Both the position numbers and the translations under genes were made by a program. From NCBI GenBank assembly GCA_964516975.1, contig CAZFAS010000003.1, positions 4,508 through 66,625 of the forward strand: a stretch of 62,118 nucleotides of DNA. Reading direction: 5' to 3'. Of the stretch, positions 57,901 to 62,118 are shown one piece after another (positions within the stretch are counted from its first letter, which is position 1; every line of letters starts with the position of its first letter). A model generated the notes under the pieces. That model searched no databases. It saw nothing but the letters and a program-made list of their open reading frames with translations, and was not told where the DNA came from. The stretch is from an uncultured Candidatus Saccharibacteria bacterium. GTDB lineage: Bacteria; Patescibacteriota; Minisyncoccia; Phycocordibacterales; Zambryskibacteraceae.

Positions 57901-60900
57901 TGATGTTGCGTACGTGCTTGGTGATGAAGTTGCAAAGTAGAGGTTTCCACCAGCATTTCTCATTGTCCAGATATCTGATGTAAGTGATGCATCTGAGAGA
58001 GCGAATTGTGGTCGTGTAGATGATGCTACCTCAAGTGCCCATGCAGGAGTAGATGTACCGATACCAAGACCTACATTGTTTCCTCCATTTGGATTAAGTG
58101 AGAGGAATGCTGAGGTTGATGTTGCCCACATGTTACTACCCGCACCACCTGAATTTTGATCCGCAGAACATGTCACTGCTCCAGATGCTGATATAGCTGA
58201 CACCTTATCTGTTCCCGTACATGTTGTTCCACTTATGAGAGTATAATCCGTTCCATTTGATGCAACACTTACCAAACCGTTTACAGATTTGAGCATATTA
58301 CTTCCTGTAGAAAGATAGAGATTAGATGTAGAAGCAAGAGTTGCAAAGAAGTTCGTTGTTGTCGCATTAGTTCCTGTTGCATTAAGGAATGTGAAGTTCT
58401 GGAGAGTTGTTGAACCATTTACAGAAAGATTTGATGCATTAATCTGACCATTTACATCAAGAGTGAATGCCGGAGCTGTTGTGTTGATACCTACCTTACC
58501 AGCATTATCAATAATGAAGTTGGTTGCGGTAGATGAACCAACTACAAATGCTGGGCCACTACTTGCCGTAAGCGATGTTGGATTAATTGCAAATCCACCC
58601 CATGGTGATGTAGTACCTACTGCTATTGTTCCTGAATCTAAGATACTAAAGAGTGTTGTTGATGCATTGTTTGCAACTTGGAAGGCTGTTGATGTTGATG
58701 TTGTTCCAAGACCCCATACCCCAAGACGAGCATATGGAGTAGATGTACCTGCACCGATGAATGCGTTTATGAGTTCAATCTTACCGAGTGTTCCTGAGTT
58801 AATGTTTCGAACTCGGATAGCGTCGCTCCATGCATTCGTTACACCAGAGAAGTATGCGAGTTCAACGCCGATATTTTGAGCGCCAGAGCCAACTCCAAGT
58901 CTTAAGCTCTGTGATGTTTTTGATGAAATAGAGAGGTTAGAACCAACACCACCATCCTGAGTTACTTGTAAAGCACCAGCAGCAGTGATTTCAGCAAGTG
59001 TGGTGCCGTTGAAGTTTGACCATACTTGCATAAGATCAGTAGCATTTGTTCTCTGTACTGAGAAGGCTGCAAGTGGTGCAGTTGTACCCACTCCCACTCT
59101 TCCATTTGTTTTATCAACAAAGAGTGAAGGCCTTGCATTTGATGTTGTAGAAACAACGAAATCTGCATTCCCCATAGGAGAAGTTGAACCGATAGAGAAT
59201 ACTCCAGCAAATGTAGAAGTTGCAGTGGTTGATGTTGCTTTAATAGCAGCAACAACAGGAGTAGATGAGGATACGAGGTTGCCATTGCTATCTGTAGTGA
59301 TAACCATGTTTGCACCAATACCTGAGAGATTAAAGTTTGTAGCACTAAGATTTGTAGCAAAGAAGTTTGTAGATGTAGCGTTTGTTGTAGTTGAATTAAG
59401 TGCAGTGAAGTTCTGAAGAGTGGTTGAACCTTGGAAGTATGCATTACCAAGTACTTCAAAGAGTGTTCCGTCTGTTGTTGTAGCATTACCACCAAGAACA
59501 AGAGCGATACTATTACCACCATTTGGTGAGAGTGTAAGACCATTTGATGACGTAGCGAACTTAGAGTTTGCTCCGCTACTTCCTGATCCTGTTCCACACG
59601 CTACTCCTGTATTAGAGAGTACTCCTGTAGATGAGAATGTTGCACATCCTGCTGTACCACCTGCTGAACTTACAATGAGATTTGTTGTTGATGCTGTTGT
59701 AGCAGAGAGAGTTGTTGTAGTTGCATTAGAAGTTGTTGAGTTAAGTGCTGTGAAGTTCCGAAGTGTTGTAGAGCCAGAAACAAACATGTCACCTGAGTTA
59801 CTGATTGAGAATCGTGTTGTTGTAGCAAAGGAAGCGACAGATGAAAGTTGGAAGAGAGGCGCAGTATCATTGTTTGCGCCAGCAACATCAAGACGAGCAA
59901 GTGGTGACGAAGTACCAAGACCAAGCTGGCCCATAGTGTATATATTTCCTGTAGTAGTATCCCATGCTCCATTTTGTGATGCAGTTGTGATTGATGATCC
60001 TCGTGCAACAGTTGATGAGAACATTCTCATTGTTCCACCCGCTACATTAATCACTCCAGAACTTACTTGGAAGAATTTATTTACACCTCCGTTTGTTGCA
60101 ATGTTTAGTACCCCGTCGTTTGCGGTTGCTGCAATGAGATTTACAAGATTATCGAGATCTTGGAGTTTGCCTGCGATTCTTACAATTCCCGTTGCATAGA
60201 GATTAGTTGTAGTTCCATTTGTTGTAGTTGAATTGAGTGCTGTAAAGTTCTGGAGAGTACTTGATCCTGTTACGAGAAGGTTACCAAATGTTCCAAGACC
60301 AGAAGCAGAAAGTGTTGTGCCTGTTGCGGTAGTGAATCCAAAGTTTGTCGCAAAGAAGTTCGTTGTAGTAGCTGATGTACCTGTAGCGTTTGCAAAAGTG
60401 AAGTTTTGGAGAGTGGTTGAGCCAGTAAGGAGAAGGTTAGAAAGGAGTCCTGTAGTACCAACAAGGTTTGTAGCAAAGAAGTTTGTTGTTGTAGCTGATG
60501 TACCGGTAGCGTTTGCAAAGGTGAAGTTCTGAAGAGTTGTAGAACCTTGGAAGTATGCATTACCAAGTACTTCAAAGAGTGTTCCATTTGTAGTTGTAGC
60601 ATTACCACCCAAAACAAGGGCGATACTATTACCACCATTTGGTGAGAGTGTAAGACCGTTTGATGAAGTTGCGAACTTTGAGTTACCTGATGTCATGTAA
60701 TCAGTACCTGCAACTGCTGCTACTACCCCACCTATACTGTTTACCTTAAGGAGTGTTGATGAAAGACCTGTGATTGCAAGTGATGTTGTTGTTGCTGATG
60801 TTCCGGTTGCTCTTGCAAATGTAATATCTTGGAATGATGAGGCAACAGTAGTTGATGTTGCAGTGAAGTATGAAGCGAATACATTGCCATCAAATACTCC

Positions 60901-62118
60901 TGAACCATTAACAGCAAGTGGTGTTCCTGGAGATGTGGTGCCAATTCCAAAGAATCCATTTGATCCAATGCGTACAAATTCTGTAAATGTTGAAAGTGAA
61001 TCATTTAACTGACCAAAAGTGAGTGACCCGGCAGAAGAAGAAGCGTAGAAATGTTTGAGGTTTGTACCTGCATTAATATCTGTAAGAACAAGTTGTGGCC
61101 GGCTACTTCCAGCAACGCTTAAGAGTGCTGTTGGTGTGTTTGTTCCAATACCAAATTTTCCACCGCTCGTAAGTGTTGCGGCTAGACCACCAGGATCACC
61201 AGTAGCATTTGCTGATATTGTGTTGAAATTAATTGATCTTCCACCAGCAGCAACAATATTTAGACCCCCATTAACTTGATTATCTAGTGAATATCCAAAT
61301 CGTGCTCTTCCACCAGCAATTGAAAGTTCTCGTGGTCCAATATTTCCTGATTCAAGAATAAGATTTCCTCCATTAATTTCTAATCTTCCTGTTGGAGCAT
61401 TTGTTCCGATGCCAACATCCCCCGTGCTCTTATTTACAAAGATAGATGGTTGTGCAGTCGTTGTGGTTGTTGCTACAACAAATAATGCATTACCTTGTGG
61501 TGTCGTACTTCCAACAGCAAATACCCCAGCAAATGTAGAAGTTGCAGTTGTAGATGTTGCTCTTATAGCAGCTACTACAGGAGTAGATGAGGATACGAGG
61601 TTACCGTTGCTATCAGTAGTGATAACCATGTTTGCACCAATACCTGAGAGATTGAAGTTTGTAGCTCTAAGGTTTGTAGCAAAGAAGTTCGTTGTAGTAG
61701 CTGATGTACCTGTAGCGTTTGCAAAGGTGAAGTTTTGGAGAGTGGTTGAGCCAGTAAGGAGAAGGTTAGAAAGGAGTCCTGTAGTACCAACAAGGTTTGT
61801 AGCAAAGAAGTTTGTTGTTGTAGCTGATGTACCGGTAGCGTTTGCAAAGGTGAAGTTCTGAAGAGTTGTAGAACCTTGGAAGTATGCATTACCAAGTACT
61901 TCAAAGAGTGTTCCATTTGTAGTTGTAGCATTACCACCCAAAACAAGGGCGATACTATTACCACCATTTGGTGAGAGTGTAAGACCGTTTGATGAAGTTG
62001 CGAACTTTGAGTTACCTGATGTCATGTAATCAGTACCTGCAACTGCTGCTACTACCCCACCTATACTGTTTACCTTAAGGAGTGTTGATGAAAGACCTGT
62101 GATTGCAAGTGATGTTGT
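48916..62118 (-). CDS. giant (>4,369 aa) repeat-rich surface protein; 5' end lies outside the window
   Basis: Continuous minus-strand frame. The sequence upstream of the first in-window Met (62026-62118) is still repeat sequence, matching 60697-60789. The protein has fibre-like repeat modules, two 7-bladed propeller-like regions, a Peptidase_G2/IMC-like module and a T/P-rich tail. Confidence 0.85.
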   Translation of the reverse strand, partial: TTSLAITGLSSTLLKVNSIGGVVAAVAGTDYMTSGNSKFATSSNGLTLSPNGGNSIALVLGGNATTTNGTLFEVLGNAYFQGSTTLQNFTFANATGTSATTTNFFATNLVGTTGLLSNLLLTGSTTLQNFTFANATGTSATTTNFFATNLRATNFNLSGIGANMVITTDSNGNLVSSSTPVVAAIRATSTTATSTFAGVFAVGSTTPQGNALFVVATTTTTAQPSIFVNKSTGDVGIGTNAPTGRLEINGGNLILESGNIGPRELSIAGGRARFGYSLDNQVNGGLNIVAAGGRSINFNTISANATGDPGGLAATLTSGGKFGIGTNTPTALLSVAGSSRPQLVLTDINAGTNLKHFYASSSAGSLTFGQLNDSLSTFTEFVRIGSNGFFGIGTTSPGTPLAVNGSGVFDGNVFASYFTATSTTVASSFQDITFARATGTSATTTSLAITGLSSTLLKVNSIGGVVAAVAGTDYMTSGNSKFATSSNGLTLSPNGGNSIALVLGGNATTTNGTLFEVLGNAYFQGSTTLQNFTFANATGTSATTTNFFATNLVGTTGLLSNLLLTGSTTLQNFTFANATGTSATTTNFFATNFGFTTATGTTLSASGLGTFGNLLVTGSSTLQNFTALNSTTTNGTTTNLYATGIVRIAGKLQDLDNLVNLIAATANDGVLNIATNGGVNKFFQVSSGVINVAGGTMRMFSSTVARGSSITTASQNGAWDTTTGNIYTMGQLGLGTSSPLARLDVAGANNDTAPLFQLSSVASFATTTRFSISNSGDMFVSGSTTLRNFTALNSTTSNATTTTLSATTASTTNLIVSSAGGTAGCATFSSTGVLSNTGVACGTGSGSSGANSKFATSSNGLTLSPNGGNSIALVLGGNATTTDGTLFEVLGNAYFQGSTTLQNFTALNSTTTNATSTNFFATNLSATNFNLSGIGANMVITTDSNGNLVSSSTPVVAAIKATSTTATSTFAGVFSIGSTSPMGNADFVVSTTSNARPSLFVDKTNGRVGVGTTAPLAAFSVQRTNATDLMQVWSNFNGTTLAEITAAGALQVTQDGGVGSNLSISSKTSQSLRLGVGSGAQNIGVELAYFSGVTNAWSDAIRVRNINSGTLGKIELINAFIGAGTSTPYARLGVWGLGTTSTSTAFQVANNASTTLFSILDSGTIAVGTTSPWGGFAINPTSLTASSGPAFVVGSSTATNFIIDNAGKVGINTTAPAFTLDVNGQINASNLSVNGSTTLQNFTFLNATGTNATTTNFFATLASTSNLYLSTGSNMLKSVNGLVSVASNGTDYTLISGTTCTGTDKVSAISASGAVTCSADQNSGGAGSNMWATSTSAFLSLNPNGGNNVGLGIGTSTPAWALEVASSTRPQFALSDASLTSDIWTMRNAGGNLYFATSSPSTYATSTVSALTIDTNGNVGIGTSTPNTKFTVVYPSGGYGATFTGSPGIGPTSLVGIALDNTSANAFKSVVSFNSNGVPFGQVGIDPDGNGTRDLFFWNGAVGLIMQANTQNIGIGNVSPNEKLNVQGQVAAQYFTATSSTASTFNGGLLSLGSTTLQNFTALNSTTTNATTTNFFATNLVGTTGLLSNLLLTGSTTLQNFTFANATGTSATTTNFFATNLRATNFNLSGIGANMVITTDSNGNLVSSSTPVVAAINATSTTATSTFAGVFAVGSTTPVGNARFVVNATSTNAAPSIFVDKNTGQIGLGTMTIENTVKAKLYHGNANNIDAFVIEGVSANSTTLSDASFFKMVNTDQTNNNYAKFSFADNANSSISSAVYGFFTDHANDYGDIGFVTRSPFGLTEKMRISSVGNVGIGTSSPDARLSIYATSTSATFPLLGLFANNGSGTTTMFSISSTGNMLVTGSTTLQNFTALNSTSSNATSTKFFATLASTSNLYLSTGSNMLKSVNGLVSVASNGTDYTLISGTTCTGTDKVSAISASGAVTCSADQNSGGAGSNMWATSTSAFLSLNPNGGNNVGLGIGTSTPAWALEVASSTRPQFALSDASLTSDIWTMRNAGGNLYFATSSPSTYATSTVSALTIDTNGNVGIATTSPFARFAVQGTVAAQNFFAYASTSTTTLAGGLDVNGGAILHDWSTGLTSIDNLQLGITNFDTDAGILTWVDMPVTAASALGTVESYTAQIDGNPLLTVYSQSDGAGGIRAPRIGVGTTTPSATFTVWGTSTDATLANFVSNASSSILAVLNSGNVGINTTAPAFTLDVNGQINTSNLSVTGSSTLQNFTALNATTSKATTTSLAIIGLNCSAANQLLQTDANGSVICGTDDSAAGGTTNTDKFATSSSAFLSLNPNGGNNVGLGIGTSTPAWALEVASSTRPQFALSDASLTSNIWTMRNAGGNLYFATSSPSTFATSTITALTIDQDGDIGIGSTSPYAKLSIDAGTTGNTEAIYAKGSIDNFFEINVQNTSTGVGAQSGFSATMDTGTLTTNFMWMGINNSNFYNPQTYNIGGAGDANILALGNDMYLANGSSGKNLYFVTGGTSTSTNTRMTIDSTGQVGIGTKTPGALLTVNGTASTSALIISSLGVPAGTFLAVSPTGAVIATTSPTGGGYATIQDEGSNLTARTKLNFIGTGVSCADNGGTSATDCTINAGAASAAGSAGSIQFNTANALDGTSDFTYSKTNSRLGIGTTTPWAGVLSASTTSGTTTPAVVIDQRGAGGLLTLQQGGVDKFVVANSGGLTINTQTTDIVKTTSSSTPATDFLATGATLATTTSTNNYVTIQDGVVNDGIGTVSATSTVTAANVSSGGQVIIRSDGKYLIIHGGGSATASLWNGFNSGTMSTQSVVSTGSVGAGSIAIRRADGRYLLVHGGAVTNTSVFDPFNITTVAAGPSLTSAAATGTYAFQRSDGKYVILSGGTPNWGIYDPAAATASGFASGTPATGGAVGPTGAWGAGAHALQRDDGTFLIYQGGGSTNTWIYNPYSNFILVGPAAPTAITSGAFSIRRQDGYFLTLPGAANQSFSYNPVATTSNGFGAFSANYGVGPSAALADSAQATWRQDGKYVLISSSTTSIIDTGAGSIAPSFTSGPSGFGTLGHGLTVFMLPDGRYAVVRGGASTAIDIYDMNFVTGIDKGNTQNAYYESECISNTNITPNSTLNWTSNAEGKIYAYARTATSPADCSQSTYVPIAQTGSLIGATSTADNRIQFKFVFQRELPRFLDQEWGIRKSGLTRYRRVNADPVLYDVTVDNGAVLHKTQFDFGNSVSSTTASASGPVYVNISNDTNRQNALALSTNSALGSTVNGTNPIQYNGAFAVGPQLPVGTASTTIVMKRPDGTFKIISGSTTLNSMTYDEKTGTTTLYTSAPNVPTQALGTGGFAVKRPDGKFLIVMGGGWYSPISGASNGPAGTSTTNIYDPVLDTFTAGPNLASINGSTGAGMGASAIPLPNGRILIMHGGFTANSSIYDPVNNTMAPGPTTSAAILVGGGSLWIPRPDGTYLFLPGYAASSCATAITTTLNFDPYTMTFTSVGSPAQITPGTGPGAFAFQRRDGLWVIVKGGSAVGCIGAATTQIYNPVSNATMIAGAVPGSAAGMGAHALPRPDGTWLIIYGGGAANGAGQSTTGIYNERAGAAIGAGFQGQTIGAFTAGPVLANSATSNSGAISFQRSDGKFMVILGAATTTTTNAGNATQIYDAGWVASGIYRSEQFDLSPAGTKLDQNSTLVWKSNVASVAQGGISVEVKTAPTQAALGTTTAREISNSGGLINPSAGDAWMQVIFNFRRSFPSYGGIYTDVWNNNGGSAMNYPQRPVLTPVLYEYKVTKDKDLLNLQSDGLSMFRVSSAGDIYAQQGGTINTSGADLAERYTSQEQLDFGEVVSIDPQNNHGVKKTGYQYQPDALGVVSTDPGFVAGAYTENSYPIALIGRVPVKVSTENGMIRVGDKLTAASVPGHAMKATLAGHIIGHALESLDPQKLTDCPASDIYLPNRKCGTIMMFVNLSDYMGAPVDDVMSAYNDMRGINLDPNASGLVTDTTSQYAGTIGIISGTKEAKTLAFLENLRKDREAGPTYKSDIFADKISAVSQVISPNVVTNLLNAKDIEGLKVNAGEIKAGQLQVDSIIGGFVIRKAGFVANALSGLGTTSSSTDISVGTTTPIVVTNVATSTGSTTPFAINLDDGVVVTFDTTGNAVFAGDILSNSVRTNGLEVHGTTTLVGGLRVDSIGTASTTIAMLSDVEFFGRPYFTSDMGGTAVVQKGSRSVDVIFDREYLSQPTVSATIALESSTTTDTKVLEQAIFDADVRYLVTQKSTHGFTILLNNPAKEDITFSWIALAIKDGKISLTSNYQPLSTIQSTSTATTTNPQQVNPVPPVSTSTQPVVPPDTTTPPDSTASSTPVTNDPTTVTQVPDTTTSPAPQTTDTSTTPVPTPVDTSGQTAVNIDTTLPATP

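Noticed and set aside
62023-62025. The ATG at 62025 as the start codon of the giant protein.
   Set aside because: The frame stays open to the window edge. 62026-62118 repeats the coding sequence 60697-60789. No signal peptide follows this Met. The gene is 5'-truncated by the window.

Overview
This is a 62.1-kb AT-rich bacterial chromosomal segment, roughly 35-40% GC by eye. Its gene content and style fit a small-genome, monoderm Candidate Phyla Radiation/Patescibacteria (Parcubacteria-like) organism. That assignment is an inference. The standard code 11 applies and TGA is used as a stop. The housekeeping backbone is gyrA, rpsA, pth, lepB, a degenerate HisRS paralog, rpsU, ybeY, ftsA, ftsZ, trxB, pyrD, tsaD, valS, prsW, hsp20, lepA and murJ. 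RNA genes are RNase P RNA and six tRNAs (Val-GAC, Ser-CGA, Glu-UUC, Phe-GAA, Arg-CCU, Gly-CCC). About half of the window encodes cell-surface machinery. This comprises a sortase / LPNTG-protein / CAP-domain cluster and a ~1,659-aa Ig/Fn3-repeat wall-binding protein. It also includes a repeat-rich giant protein of more than 4,369 aa that runs off the right edge. The giant gene is co-oriented with two small membrane proteins and a triple-LamG protein. Three things stand out. (i) A promoter-to-terminator ~0.72-kb GC-rich, heavily structured, apparently non-coding transcript lies at 5.95-6.67 kb, and I cannot assign it to any RNA family. (ii) Four of the six tRNA genes are flanked by partial copies of themselves: 5' fragments upstream (in tandem at Val and Phe) and T-loop-to-3'-end fragments downstream. 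A conserved 49-nt palindrome-containing element also occurs twice, in inverted orientation, around the pyrD/tRNA block, and no integrase is in the window. (iii) The giant protein combines fibre-like repeats, two 7-bladed propellers and a phage-appendage-like autoproteolytic module. I saw no CRISPR array, transposase, integrase, reverse transcriptase or recognisable defence gene.
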